A DNA stretch of 32,000 bases from Candidatus Arthromitus sp. SFB-rat-Yit (lineage in GTDB: Bacteria; Bacillota; Clostridia; Clostridiales; Clostridiaceae), in contig NC_016012.1 in NCBI RefSeq assembly GCF_000283555.1, positions 1,110,001-1,142,000 of the forward strand. Reading direction: 5' to 3'. The position numbers and the translations under genes were made by a program. Positions 1 through 10,214 of this stretch are shown here, piece by piece (within the stretch, counting starts at the first letter, position 1; the number at the start of each line of letters is the position of its first letter). The notes beneath the pieces were generated by a model that saw only the letters and a program-made list of their open reading frames with translations, was not told the origin of the DNA and made no database searches.

Positions 1-1002
1 ACCTCAAGGTTAAGTGATGCACCTATTGAAGAAAATGGATTTGATTCTACAGTTATTGATGAATATCAATTTTTAACTCATGAACTATTTCACTTATATC
101 ATCAAAAGAATATAGCTCTTCCAGATAATTCAAACAATTCAAGATCTCAAAAATATCCTATTGATTTTGAACCAAGACTTTATAGAAATATGATACATTA
201 TAATTTAGGAAATGCTGTTATAACAAATGATGATAATACAGCTAAAGAATTTATACAAAAAGCAGCTTACTGGTTCAACAAATGGAAAAATGAATATCCT
301 GATGAATTTTCTGCCATTGCATCCACAGATATATTTGAAGGAGTTGCAGAATATATAGGTAGACTTTCTAATCTTGCAGGTCAAGATACTATTACTAGGG
401 AAGATCTTTCTAAATTAATATCTATAGAATCTACTTTTTCAACTCTAGGATTGGATAGTTATGATTTAGGTTTTGTTACTTTATCAGCAATTGAAAGATT
501 TAAACCTGATTTTAAGGAAGATTTCTCAAAATCTAAAAAATCTCCAATAGAATACCTTTTAGAAAATGTTACTCCTATTGAAGATACACCAAATGAGCAA
601 TTATCAAACAAATTAAAACAAAATATTAATGAAATAAATGATACTTTAAATAAGTCACTTGAATATATTATTTCTTCGATAGATAATAAAAATATCCCTT
701 ACTTGAGAATGAAGTCAGAATATAGATCAGAATACGGCTTTTCTGCAGGTGGATTCTTTAATTATAACGGATATGAAATCTTACATGGACTTGATACAGA
801 ATTCATACAAGACTCATCAAATATTTTATATCTTAAAAATGTTAATACCTTTGAGGAAAATTCAGGTTTTATTTTAATCCCATTAACTGACAAATTTGAA
901 ATAAATGGAGACACAATGACTTTAACAGATCCTCAAATAAAAGGAACACTTAAGGTAACTACTTCTACCGAAGATGGAAGAACAATTTATACCGTAAAAT
1001 AA
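1..1002 (+). CDS. Partial CDS (5' end outside window): putative zincin-like metallopeptidase domain protein
   Basis: Frame 1 is open from base 1, upstream of the ATG at 190 used by the ORF track. It encodes TSRLSDAPIEENGFDSTVIDEYQFLTHELFHLYHQ...RLYRNMIHYNLGN. HELFH at 79-93 is an HExxH motif. A downstream FEGVAEY (Glu codon at 337) could supply the third ligand. Confidence 0.6.
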   Translation, partial: TSRLSDAPIEENGFDSTVIDEYQFLTHELFHLYHQKNIALPDNSNNSRSQKYPIDFEPRLYRNMIHYNLGNAVITNDDNTAKEFIQKAAYWFNKWKNEYPDEFSAIASTDIFEGVAEYIGRLSNLAGQDTITREDLSKLISIESTFSTLGLDSYDLGFVTLSAIERFKPDFKEDFSKSKKSPIEYLLENVTPIEDTPNEQLSNKLKQNINEINDTLNKSLEYIISSIDNKNIPYLRMKSEYRSEYGFSAGGFFNYNGYEILHGLDTEFIQDSSNILYLKNVNTFEENSGFILIPLTDKFEINGDTMTLTDPQIKGTLKVTTSTEDGRTIYTVK

Positions 1003-1043
1003 GAAAAGACTATTTACCAACAAATTTGGTAAATAGTCTTTTC
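1003..1043 (+). terminator. Rho-independent terminator
   Basis: 16-bp perfect stem GAAAAGACTATTTACC (1003-1018) / GGTAAATAGTCTTTTC (1028-1043), directly after the stop codon. Confidence 0.85.
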
Positions 1044-1292
1044 TCATATAAAAATCAACTAAATAGTTTTATTCAAACAAAAAATATAATAACTTCATAA
1101 CGAAATTATTATATTTTTATAAATGCTATCTTAAGTTTATCATAAAAAATGGTGCTATCAATCAATAATATTACATCCTTAAAATTAAGAATATAATAAA
1201 ATTAATTAATATATTTTTTTAAAAGGAGTTCATTATTATTATTACCCCTTTATTAAAACTTATACATAAATAATTTTACATATCCCCTAACT

Positions 1293-4200
1293 TCAAATAC
1301 TAATCTTTATACTACTTCCACTATTTGAGTCTATCACTTCTATCTTAGATTTTATAAAATCCTTGAGTTCCTGAACGTGTGAAATTATTCCAATAAGTTT
1401 TGATTCATCATTAGCATCTATTAAACACTCTAGAGCATTTTGAAGTGAATCAGAATCCAAAGATCCAAATCCTTCATCAATAAATAATGTATCTATAGAA
1501 ACTCCTCCTGAATATCTTTGTACTACATCTGATAATCCTAATGCCAAAGCAAGTGAAGCCTGAAAGCTTTCCCCTCCTGAAACTGCATCAAGTCTTCTTT
1601 CTTGGGAAGTTTTATTATCAAATACGCTAATTTCTAATCCTTGTGGACTTCTCATATCTATACTCTCTTTTAGATGTCTAAACAAAAATCTTCCATTTGT
1701 CAACTTTAAAAGTCTTATGTTCGCAGCTTGTATTATTTCTTTAAAATAAATTCCAAGTATATATCTCTCAAAACTAATTTTATAACTATTATTCCCATTT
1801 GCAATTTTGTTTAGCTCATTTAAATTTGTCCTTAATTTTTCACGTTTCAAAATATCTTTATTTATCTCTAAGATGCTTCTATGTACATTTTCAAGCAAAG
1901 ATTTATTTTTATGGTATTTTATTTCGCACTCTTCAATTTCCTTTAAATTATTGGTTAAATCTTCTATATGCAAAAATAATTCATCTCTATTTTTATATGG
2001 TGCATTATCTAACCCTCTTTCAAGCTCTTTTATCTTTAATTTAATAGCTTTATATTCTTCTCTTTTATCTTCTATAAATTTATTTCGATTATTATAGTTG
2101 TCCTCTGTTATTTTGAATTTTTGGTACTCTTCTACGTCTTTAAATTCATTTGAATTTAAAGACTTTATAAATATTTTTTCATTCTCATCAATCTTAAAAT
2201 TCAAATCCTCTATATCTTTATTTTTTATATCTAATTTGGATTGAAGTTTTAAAATTTCATTGTTACATTTAGTTATGCTTGAATTTATAGTTTCTCTTTT
2301 ATTAATTAAACTTTCCAAATTCCCGATTGTCTGTTTTAAAATTTTTGAATAATCACTCACTGATAAAATATTGTATTTTAATAACCTCAATCTTTTATCA
2401 CTTAAAATTGTATTTAAAGCAGATACATCACTTCGTTTTTTAATATAAATTTTCTCATACTCATCAATATGTAATTTTACTTCTTTAATTTCACCCTCTA
2501 TATTTAAAATTTCATCCTGAGATTTTATGAACTTATCATATATACCTTTACTCTCTTTAAGCAAATTTTTAAGAAAAGCTAAACTAAATTCAACTTGTTC
2601 TATAGAATCTTTACATGATTCAAATTTTTCAAAATTTATAAATTTCCTTTCTTTATCTCGTTTTAAAATTTCATCATAGATTTCACTTATCTTATTAGCC
2701 TTTGAACTTACATCTTTGTTTAAATTAATCTTATCAGTTACTATCTTCTCTCTTTCCTTTTCTATCTTTGAAATTTCATCTCTTGATTTTTTAAAAGAAT
2801 CTTCGCTTATGTTGCTATCAATAAGAGTTGCTTTATTTGGATGAACTGTTGAACCACAAACAATACATGGCGATCCATCTTCAAGCTTTTTTGCAAGAAA
2901 TCCTGCCTGATTTCTAAAATAAATATCTTCAATTTTTGAAAGATCCCTTAACTTTTCTTCATACAAAGTAGAAATTTTATTGTACTCATCCTCGCATTTT
3001 TTACATTTATCAAGTAACTCGCCATATATTCCAAGCTCGCATTCATACTTGTAAAATCCTTCGTTTATTTCCTCTGTATTTAATAATTCTGTTTCAATAT
3101 GTACAATTTTATCTTTTACGTCCCTATTCTCAAGATTAAATTTTAACATTTCTTCATGTTTATTATTAAGAATATCTAATTTTGTTTTAAATAATTTCAC
3201 TTCGTCATCAATTGATGAAATTTCATTTTCTAAGTTTTTAATTTTATTTTCAAGATTTTCCTTTTCATTTACAGTATCCTTTAAAGATTCAATATCTATA
3301 ACCTTACTTCTTAATTTTTCAATCTCTTCATCATAAAATTTTATTTCTTCAAACTCCTTATTTAAAATTTCTAAATTCTTTTTATGATGATCTAAATCCG
3401 AAATTATCTTCTCCTTCTCTCCTGTATATCCACTCCTCGTTTCCTTAAAATTTTCCAAAATCCTCTCTTTGTCTCTTATTAAAAATGTCTTTTTTGCCTT
3501 ATTCAAAAATTCAACTTCATCTTTTAATGAACTTATATCAATTGACATCAATTCTCTATTTTTATCTACCAAAGAATTAATACTCTCAAGAAAATTATTG
3601 TTATTTGAAATTTTATTTTTGTAATCTTCCTTCCTTGGTTTCAACTCTTCTAACTTTTTCTCGTAATCTTCTATATCTTTACTTAAAATACTCAATATCT
3701 GATCTATCGTAAAATCATCATATGATATTTTATTTATTGAGTTAATCGATTCTAAAAATCCTCTTATTCTCTGATCAGAATTTTCAAATTTCTTTTCATA
3801 CTCAAGTGACTTCTCTTTTAAAATATTTTGAATATTTTTAAATTCCTCTGTATTAAATATATTTCTATATATACTCTCTCTCTTTTTTGAATCTGCAGAT
3901 ACAAGTTCCCTAAATTCTCCTTGAGCTATCATAACAATTTGTTTAAACTGAGAGCGATCAATTCCCAAAACTTCTTTAATTTTTTGATCAACATTTTTAA
4001 TTCCATTTATCAACTCATCCTCAACTATAATTTGTGCACTAGCCCTCTGCAAAACCTCCTTACTTCTTGAAATCTTATATTGTTCAGGAAATCTAGTTAT
4101 TGTATATTTCTTATTTCTATGAGAAAATTCAAATTCAACATATGTTACATCTTCTTTAGCTGCAAATTGACTTCTTAGAGTAGAAGCATCTCTATATTCA

Positions 4201-4373
4201 CCACTAGGTTGTCCAAATAAGGCATAACACATTGCATCAAATATCATTGTCTTCCCACTACCAGTATTTCCCGCAATTAAAAAAAGTCTATCTTCAAAAA
4301 ATTTACTAAAATCTATTGTTTCTTTTTCCTTATATGGTCCAAATGCTTGCATAGTGAGCTTTATTGGAATCAT
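1293..4373 (-). CDS. sbcC: Exonuclease SbcC (SMC-like ATPase with zinc hook)
   Basis: 1026 aa. N-terminal FxPYKEKETIDFSKF and GNTGSGKTMIFDAMCYALFG Walker A, central coiled coils with CIVC zinc hook, C-terminal SGGESFQASLALALGLSD signature and Walker B DEGFGSLD. Adjacent to sbcD. Confidence 0.97.
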   Translation of the reverse strand: MIPIKLTMQAFGPYKEKETIDFSKFFEDRLFLIAGNTGSGKTMIFDAMCYALFGQPSGEYRDASTLRSQFAAKEDVTYVEFEFSHRNKKYTITRFPEQYKISRSKEVLQRASAQIIVEDELINGIKNVDQKIKEVLGIDRSQFKQIVMIAQGEFRELVSADSKKRESIYRNIFNTEEFKNIQNILKEKSLEYEKKFENSDQRIRGFLESINSINKISYDDFTIDQILSILSKDIEDYEKKLEELKPRKEDYKNKISNNNNFLESINSLVDKNRELMSIDISSLKDEVEFLNKAKKTFLIRDKERILENFKETRSGYTGEKEKIISDLDHHKKNLEILNKEFEEIKFYDEEIEKLRSKVIDIESLKDTVNEKENLENKIKNLENEISSIDDEVKLFKTKLDILNNKHEEMLKFNLENRDVKDKIVHIETELLNTEEINEGFYKYECELGIYGELLDKCKKCEDEYNKISTLYEEKLRDLSKIEDIYFRNQAGFLAKKLEDGSPCIVCGSTVHPNKATLIDSNISEDSFKKSRDEISKIEKEREKIVTDKINLNKDVSSKANKISEIYDEILKRDKERKFINFEKFESCKDSIEQVEFSLAFLKNLLKESKGIYDKFIKSQDEILNIEGEIKEVKLHIDEYEKIYIKKRSDVSALNTILSDKRLRLLKYNILSVSDYSKILKQTIGNLESLINKRETINSSITKCNNEILKLQSKLDIKNKDIEDLNFKIDENEKIFIKSLNSNEFKDVEEYQKFKITEDNYNNRNKFIEDKREEYKAIKLKIKELERGLDNAPYKNRDELFLHIEDLTNNLKEIEECEIKYHKNKSLLENVHRSILEINKDILKREKLRTNLNELNKIANGNNSYKISFERYILGIYFKEIIQAANIRLLKLTNGRFLFRHLKESIDMRSPQGLEISVFDNKTSQERRLDAVSGGESFQASLALALGLSDVVQRYSGGVSIDTLFIDEGFGSLDSDSLQNALECLIDANDESKLIGIISHVQELKDFIKSKIEVIDSNSGSSIKISI

Positions 4374-4385
4374 AAAATTATCCTC

Positions 4386-5546
4386 CTATTGATCTAAAGT
4401 ATTTACCTTTTCTATAACATCCTTTAAAATATCTTTTTGATCACAATTAAGTTCTTTATCCGTCATGCTTTTATAAAAAATTTCAAATAATTCAAAAGGA
4501 GATTTAACTGTAATATCTAAATTACTTATTTCTTCTTGATTACCATCATTAAAATTATTATCTTTAAACCTAATCTCCATAAAATTTTTATAAACTTTTT
4601 TAATTTTAGCTGCAGGATCGCTAATGCCAATAGAATCATGAAGTATTATCCTAAAATAGTCTTCAAGATCATAATCTTTATAAAACTCTTCACTTATAAG
4701 AGTATCAATATAACCTTCAATTTCCCTCATATTATGTTTAAGTTTAAGACCAATTTGATTTATTTTAATATCACCTTTTCCTCCTAAATCAACAATAGTC
4801 ACACTCTTTTTATGATTCATCTCCGAAAATGAATACTTAATTATAGATCCTGAATATCTTATATGATCTACAATAACTTTTTGATTCGCATGAAGATGTC
4901 CAAGTGCCACATAATCAAACTCTTTAAGTATCGATGCATCCATAACATCTTGTCCACCTATTGACAATCTCCTCTCAGAATCACTTTCAATCATTTTATC
5001 CCCATCTTTATTTGAAAAATATCCATGAGCTATGAATATATTTCTCTTACTATAATCAACATCCAGAGTTTTCATTATCTTAATTAATGCATCATTTGAA
5101 TTCTTTATAGATACATCATTAAACAAATGTTTTATATGTACTTCATCAAAATACGATATCGGATAAAAATTAACATCTCCAAACTCATCATTTAGAGATA
5201 TCTTATTAATATTTCCGTCAAATTTCCCTTCTATATAAATTCCTGAATCAATTAAAAATTCTTTTCCAAAAGATATTCTATCTGCACTATCATGATTTCC
5301 TGCTATCAAAATCACTTTAGCCCCACATTCATTTACAATTTTAACTAATACTTCATTTAAAAGTTTAATTGCATGAGTATCAACAATTGGTTTATCATAT
5401 AAATCTCCAGCAATAATCACAACATCAATTTTTTCTTGCTTTATAATCTCACAAATCTGATCCAAAACATATCTTTGATCATCTATCATATTAAAATCAT
5501 TAATCTTTTTACCTATATGCCAATCTGAAGTATGTAGTATTCTCAT
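4386..5546 (-). CDS. sbcD: Exonuclease SbcD (Mre11-type phosphoesterase)
   Basis: MRILHTSDWHIGKK, DVVIIAGDLYDKP and LIAGNHDSADRISF phosphoesterase motifs. Ends 12 nt upstream of sbcC. Confidence 0.97.
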   Translation of the reverse strand: MRILHTSDWHIGKKINDFNMIDDQRYVLDQICEIIKQEKIDVVIIAGDLYDKPIVDTHAIKLLNEVLVKIVNECGAKVILIAGNHDSADRISFGKEFLIDSGIYIEGKFDGNINKISLNDEFGDVNFYPISYFDEVHIKHLFNDVSIKNSNDALIKIMKTLDVDYSKRNIFIAHGYFSNKDGDKMIESDSERRLSIGGQDVMDASILKEFDYVALGHLHANQKVIVDHIRYSGSIIKYSFSEMNHKKSVTIVDLGGKGDIKINQIGLKLKHNMREIEGYIDTLISEEFYKDYDLEDYFRIILHDSIGISDPAAKIKKVYKNFMEIRFKDNNFNDGNQEEISNLDITVKSPFELFEIFYKSMTDKELNCDQKDILKDVIEKVNTLDQ

Positions 5547-5555
5547 AATTTCCTC

Positions 5556-6800
5556 CTAAATTTTCATATTTTTCAAAATTTCATATGCAAAAACAAGAGC
5601 ATCAAAAGTTGCTCTCTCACGAATCCTCATTCTATCTCCTATGATATTTAGCTCTTTTACATAAACCTCTCCAAGAACACAAACAGCTATATAAACAACT
5701 CCAGGCTTCTTCCCTTCGCTCTCATTTGGACCTGCAACTCCTGTTGTTGAAATGCTCACTTGAGATGATGTTCTATTTAAAACACCGATAGCCATCTCTT
5801 TTGCTGTATCACTACTTACTGCACCAAATCTCTCAAGAGTTTCAAAATTTACAGAAAGATTTTTCATTTTAGATTCATTTGAGTAGGTAATAAATGATTC
5901 TTCAAAAAATTCAGATGCCCCACTAACATTTACAAATCTTGAAGAAAGCATTCCAGCTGTTAAAGATTCACCAAAAGAAATCTTAAAATTTCGTTTTTTA
6001 AGTTCCATATAAAGAAGTTCCTCTACGTTAACTTCTCCTTCTGCATATATAAATTTCCCAACTCTCTTATAAACCTCTTCCTTTAATTTCGATATAACAT
6101 CTCTTCCTTCCTCATCATTTCTACATTTAGTTGTAATCCTCAAAACTAAATCATCTTTTCCAACATAAGGTGCAAGGGTTTGAACACTATTTTCAAACAA
6201 ATCACTCAAAATCCCATTTATATCCCCCTCATTTGTCCCATACAATCTTAAAAATTCCGAATAATATTTACACTCAGATTTATTTTTCAAATATGGTTTT
6301 ACTAAATTGTTAAACATATCATAAAGTTCACTAGGAGGACCAGGAAGATTAATTACAATCTTATCCTCATTTTCTATTATAATTCCAGGTGCTGTTCCTT
6401 TTAAATTTTTCATAACTATTGATCCTTCCGGAACATATCCCTGTTTCAAATTTGCATCTGTAAGATTATCTCTAGAACTCTTAACAAACTTCTCAATATT
6501 TTTTAAACTCTCTTCATGAGATACAAGATTTAAATTAAAATATTTCGAAATACATTCTTTTGTTATATCGTCATCCGTTGGTCCAAGTCCACCAGATGTT
6601 ATTATCAAATTCATTCCTCTATTAAAAGAATTTTCTATCGCACGAGTAAGTCTTTCAAAATTATCTCCAACAACTGTATGGTAATAAACATCAATTCCAA
6701 TTTCTGCTAAAGATTTAGTAATAAAATGAGAATTAGTATTCACAATATCACCGAGTAAAAGTTCTGTACCGACACAAATAATTTCACATCTTAAATCCAT
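5556..6800 (-). CDS. cinA: CinA family competence/damage-inducible protein (nicotinamide-nucleotide amidase)
   Basis: N-terminal EIICVGTELLLGDIVNTNSHFITKSLAEIGIDV and TSGGLGPTDDDITKE. C-terminal SFGESLTAGMLSSRFVNVSGASEFFEESFITYSNESK. Confidence 0.95.
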   Translation of the reverse strand: MDLRCEIICVGTELLLGDIVNTNSHFITKSLAEIGIDVYYHTVVGDNFERLTRAIENSFNRGMNLIITSGGLGPTDDDITKECISKYFNLNLVSHEESLKNIEKFVKSSRDNLTDANLKQGYVPEGSIVMKNLKGTAPGIIIENEDKIVINLPGPPSELYDMFNNLVKPYLKNKSECKYYSEFLRLYGTNEGDINGILSDLFENSVQTLAPYVGKDDLVLRITTKCRNDEEGRDVISKLKEEVYKRVGKFIYAEGEVNVEELLYMELKKRNFKISFGESLTAGMLSSRFVNVSGASEFFEESFITYSNESKMKNLSVNFETLERFGAVSSDTAKEMAIGVLNRTSSQVSISTTGVAGPNESEGKKPGVVYIAVCVLGEVYVKELNIIGDRMRIRERATFDALVFAYEILKNMKI

Positions 6801-6854
6801 AATAATGCCTCCGAAAAAAATTTAATTTTATTATATCACTAAATTTAAATCAAA

Positions 6855-6890
6855 AAAAATAATGGCCTATAAAATAGACCATTATTTTTT
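6855..6890 (-). terminator. Terminator-like hairpin overlapping the histidine kinase stop codon
   Basis: AAAATAATGG..CTAT aaa ATAG..CCATTATTTTT inverted repeat with one internal mismatch, flanked by A/T runs. The kinase stop (6882-6884) lies in the stem. Confidence 0.6.
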
Positions 6891-8231
6891 AAACGAAACA
6901 ATAACTTCTGTAAAAAGACCAAATTCACTTATAATTTCTAATTCTCCCTGATAGAGCTTAACTAATTGAGCTGCTATAGATAATCCTATACCAAAACTAT
7001 TATTATATTTTCTTGATTCATCAACTCTATAAAATTTATCAGTAACCTTAAGGATATGTTCCTTTTTTATACCGATCCCATTATCCTTTATAGAGATATA
7101 AATTCTATTATTTTCTTCATACGATCTTATATTTATAAACTTCTTATCTTTATCACAATACTTTATTGCATTATCCACAAAAATTATCACAAGTTGTTTT
7201 AAATGTTCCCTTAAAATTTTTAAATAGATATTATTTGTCTTATCAAAATTAAATTCTATATCTTCAGACAAAATATCAAAACCATATATAACTTCTTCAA
7301 TAACCTGATTAACATCAATGTATTCATCAACCTTAAATGAAGAATGTGTTTCCATCTTATTTAAATTAAGGAGATCATTCACAAGTTTTATTAATCTTTC
7401 AAGTTCTTCAGATGCAATTTTAAGTGATTTATCTAAAGTTTCAGGATCATTTTTACCCCATCTATTCAACATCTGAAGATGTCCTTTAAGTATTGTAAGA
7501 GGAGTTCTAAGCTCATGTGAAGCATCGTGTACAAATTGTTTTTGCTGATTAAATAATTTTTCGAGTTCATCCATCATCGAGTTAAATACAATACCTATTT
7601 TATAAAACTCATCATTTCGATTTAATATTTCAACACGATTAGATATTCCCTTTTCCTTGACATTTTCCATTGTAACTTTTAAAAATTTAAGTCTATTCAC
7701 AAACTTTCTCGATACAAACATACCTGAAAGCAAACTTATTACCAAAATCATAATAATAAATACTATCAGCATCGGAATCAAGGTATCTAAAAAATCTTGA
7801 TAAATCTCAACTTCCTTTTCTATATAAACATAATAACTTTTCCCATTTAAATATAATGGAGTATTCAATATTACCTTTTCTTCACCATCTACTTTATGAA
7901 CATAATTCATTTTCTTAGTAGGTAACTTTCCATATAAAACAGCATTTGGAATATCATCTGTCGATATCAACATGTTTCTATCGGAATCATATATCCAAAA
8001 ATCAGCATCATTAAATTCAAAGAACTTAAGGTAATCTGCGTTCTCAATACTATGATAATAAAAAAATGACTCTATTTGCTCTAATGTATTTTTAACACTA
8101 TCTTTCTCATAATCAATTATCCAAACCCTAGTTATGAAAAACTGAAACACATAACTAATAGATATAATAAATACCATAATAGAAAATATCATCATGGACA
8201 TTTGCCAAAAAGTTGATAATCTATTTTTCAT
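6882..8231 (-). CDS. Sensor histidine kinase
   Basis: Two TM segments around an extracellular sensor region, HAMP-like linker, FVHDASHELRTPLTILKGHL H-box, and DNAIKYCDKDKK / DNGIGIKKEH / FGIGLSIA ATPase motifs. Confidence 0.95.
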   Translation of the reverse strand: MKNRLSTFWQMSMMIFSIMVFIISISYVFQFFITRVWIIDYEKDSVKNTLEQIESFFYYHSIENADYLKFFEFNDADFWIYDSDRNMLISTDDIPNAVLYGKLPTKKMNYVHKVDGEEKVILNTPLYLNGKSYYVYIEKEVEIYQDFLDTLIPMLIVFIIMILVISLLSGMFVSRKFVNRLKFLKVTMENVKEKGISNRVEILNRNDEFYKIGIVFNSMMDELEKLFNQQKQFVHDASHELRTPLTILKGHLQMLNRWGKNDPETLDKSLKIASEELERLIKLVNDLLNLNKMETHSSFKVDEYIDVNQVIEEVIYGFDILSEDIEFNFDKTNNIYLKILREHLKQLVIIFVDNAIKYCDKDKKFINIRSYEENNRIYISIKDNGIGIKKEHILKVTDKFYRVDESRKYNNSFGIGLSIAAQLVKLYQGELEIISEFGLFTEVIVSFKK

Positions 8232-8232
8232 G

Positions 8233-8901
8233 TCATCTTACCACATATCCGATTCCACGAACAGTTTGAATATACTCATTATTATTTAATTTCGATCTTA
8301 AATGCCTTATGTAAACATCAACTACATTATTTTCCCCATCATAATCATATCCCCATATATTTTCTATCAAATAATCTCTCGACAAAACTTTATTTTTATT
8401 CTTTATAAGATACAATAAAAGTTCATACTCTTTTGTTGTTAAATTAATTTCTTCACCTGAACATTTAACAATTCTGGATTCTATATTAATCACAATATCT
8501 TTAAACTCAATGACATTTGATACTTCTTTAGAATTTTCTACACGTCTTAAGAGTGCTTCAATTCTTGCAAGAAGTTCCTCTATTGCAAATGGCTTTACTA
8601 AATAATCATCAGCACCCATCTGAAATCCTGAAACCTTATCCATAACACTATCTCTAGCTGTCAACATTATTATAGGAGTATTCTTACTTTTTCGGATTCT
8701 TCTACAAACCTCTAACCCGTTTAAATAAGGGATCATAAGATCTAAAATTATCAAATTAAAATTAGTATTTAATGCTTTTTCCAACCCTTCTTTACCATCA
8801 TAAGAATTTTCAACCTCATATCCTTCATATTCAAGCTCCATTTTCAAAAAAGAAGCTATATTCTTTTCATCTTCTATAACAAGAATCCTACACATATACA
8901 C
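8233..8901 (-). CDS. OmpR/PhoB-family response regulator
   Basis: Receiver domain (LVIEDEKNIASFL, LIILDLMIPYLNGLEVC, MLTARD, GADDYLVKPF) and winged-helix output domain (LTTKEYELLLYLIKNKNKVLSRDYLIENIWGYDYDG.NVVDVYIRHLRSKL). Confidence 0.96.
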   Translation of the reverse strand: MYMCRILVIEDEKNIASFLKMELEYEGYEVENSYDGKEGLEKALNTNFNLIILDLMIPYLNGLEVCRRIRKSKNTPIIMLTARDSVMDKVSGFQMGADDYLVKPFAIEELLARIEALLRRVENSKEVSNVIEFKDIVINIESRIVKCSGEEINLTTKEYELLLYLIKNKNKVLSRDYLIENIWGYDYDGENNVVDVYIRHLRSKLNNNEYIQTVRGIGYVVR

Positions 8902-8951
8902 CCTCCTAAACTTCTATTTCATTATATTATAACACATATAGATAACTTTAT

Positions 8952-8977
8952 AAAAAAAGGTTAGCCTAAAGCTAACC
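8952..8977 (-). terminator. Rho-independent terminator downstream of the first PepSY-like gene
   Basis: Minus-strand GGTTAGC-TTTAG-GCTAACC followed by a T run. Confidence 0.75.
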
Positions 8978-9002
8978 CCTAATAATCGTTTTATATCAAA
9001 TT

Positions 9003-9980
9003 TTAATATTCATAGTAAATTCCATTAACAACTTTACCCTCAAGGTCTAAATCTGTTATAGTTCCCCATTTAACTTCTACATCATAAACGCTTCCATCTG
9101 TTGTTCTAATAGTAAATTCATATTCCCATGTTCCATCGTCCCAATCTTGATCTATTTTCAAGAAAGTACATCCAGGAAACCTTTGTCGAACTATATTCTT
9201 AGCTCCCTCCAATCCACTAGTATTTGTTGTATTTGGAGTTTGAACTACTGGTGTATTTACTGCTGGAGTTTGAACTTGCTGTACTTGTTGTACTTGTGGT
9301 GTTTGATATACTTGCTGAGATACTGGAGTTTGAACTACTGGTGTAGCTGCTGGTACTTGATAAAAATCATAATCATCATTTCTTTCTACTTTTATAACTG
9401 TACCATTTTGTGTTTCAACATCTACCTCATATGCTCGTCCATCAACTGCTTTAACTATAACTTCATGTACAAATTTTCCATTTTCAGTTCCTTGCTTATA
9501 AGTTAAAACTGTTCCCCCTGGAAATTGTGCAAGAGCAACTTTTTGACACTCTTCAAATGATTTATTTACAGTAAAAAGACTTTGGTTTATAAATCTATTT
9601 CCATTTGCATCAATATCATGATCTATTTTCCAAACTTGTCCTGTTGCAACAACTAAATCTATTTCTCTTATTCTTCCACTACTATCTCTGATTTCAAACT
9701 CTATTATTTGTGTACCATTATCATAATCATAACTATACTTAACTACAGTTCCTGGAATTGCAGATAATGCTTTTTGTTTCAATTGATCAAAGCTTAGTCT
9801 AGATGTTGTTACTGTTGTTAAATTAGTCACAGTTCTTGAAAGTTGTGTATTGTCAACTGATGATTCAGTAACCGCACTCACTTCAGTAACATTACCTTTT
9901 TTACTAACAAAAGAACCAGCTGTAACTAATAAAGCTGCTACAAAAACACCAGCTACTATCTTAACTCTACTCTTTTTCAT
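9003..9980 (-). CDS. Secreted protein with three PepSY-like repeats and a PVVQ/QQVQTP-rich linker
   Basis: Signal peptide MKKSRVKIVAGVFVAALLVTAGSF. Repeats start LSFDQLKQKALSAIPGTVVKY, SFEECQKVALAQFPGGTVLTY and GLEGAKNIVRQRFPGCTFLK, each followed by an (Y/F)EVDV-type strand. Confidence 0.8.
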   Translation of the reverse strand: MKKSRVKIVAGVFVAALLVTAGSFVSKKGNVTEVSAVTESSVDNTQLSRTVTNLTTVTTSRLSFDQLKQKALSAIPGTVVKYSYDYDNGTQIIEFEIRDSSGRIREIDLVVATGQVWKIDHDIDANGNRFINQSLFTVNKSFEECQKVALAQFPGGTVLTYKQGTENGKFVHEVIVKAVDGRAYEVDVETQNGTVIKVERNDDYDFYQVPAATPVVQTPVSQQVYQTPQVQQVQQVQTPAVNTPVVQTPNTTNTSGLEGAKNIVRQRFPGCTFLKIDQDWDDGTWEYEFTIRTTDGSVYDVEVKWGTITDLDLEGKVVNGIYYEY

Positions 9981-10160
9981 TTTAAATCACTCCTCAAAAC
10001 AATTAAAAATTATATACTCACTTCTGAAATTAATTTTTATACTATTGTTGTTATCATGGTTACATTATATTATCGTAACAATAAAATAAAGTTAAATGTA
10101 AATTAATCTTAAGTAAATTATCAATTAAATATTTTTAATAATTCAAATTCAAAATTTTAA

Positions 10161-10191
10161 AAAGGAGCTAGTATCAACTACTAGCTCCTTT
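10161..10191 (-). terminator. Rho-independent terminator downstream of the second PepSY-like gene
   Basis: 13-bp perfect stem AAAGGAGCTAGTA / TACTAGCTCCTTT with loop TCAAC. Followed by a T-rich run on the minus strand. Confidence 0.85.
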
Positions 10192-10214
10192 ATAATACTA
10201 CTTACTATAACATA

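Noticed and set aside
1205-1292. SD-like 'aaaaggagttcattattattattacccc' suggesting a small gene downstream of the first terminator
   Set aside because: No ATG/GTG/TTG at good spacing opens a convincing reading frame. It is probably random in AT-rich intergenic DNA.
1799-2097. Overlapping plus-strand ORFs of 81 and 96 aa inside sbcC
   Set aside because: They are antisense to a clearly conserved gene, and the composition is typical of spurious AT-rich antisense frames.
4536-4787. Plus-strand 83-aa ORF inside sbcD
   Set aside because: Antisense shadow ORF with low-complexity Ile/Phe/Asn composition and no motifs.
9240-9360. Possible tandem repeat array (ggagtttgaact/acttgttgtacttg)
   Set aside because: It encodes the Pro/Gln/Val/Thr linker of the secreted protein. 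The repeats are imperfect and coding, with no CRISPR-like spacers.
9147-9506. Plus-strand 119-aa Cys/Tyr/Trp-rich ORF
   Set aside because: It is the reverse complement of the repetitive PVVQ/QVQQ linker of the PepSY-like protein. The unusual composition is explained by codon complementarity.
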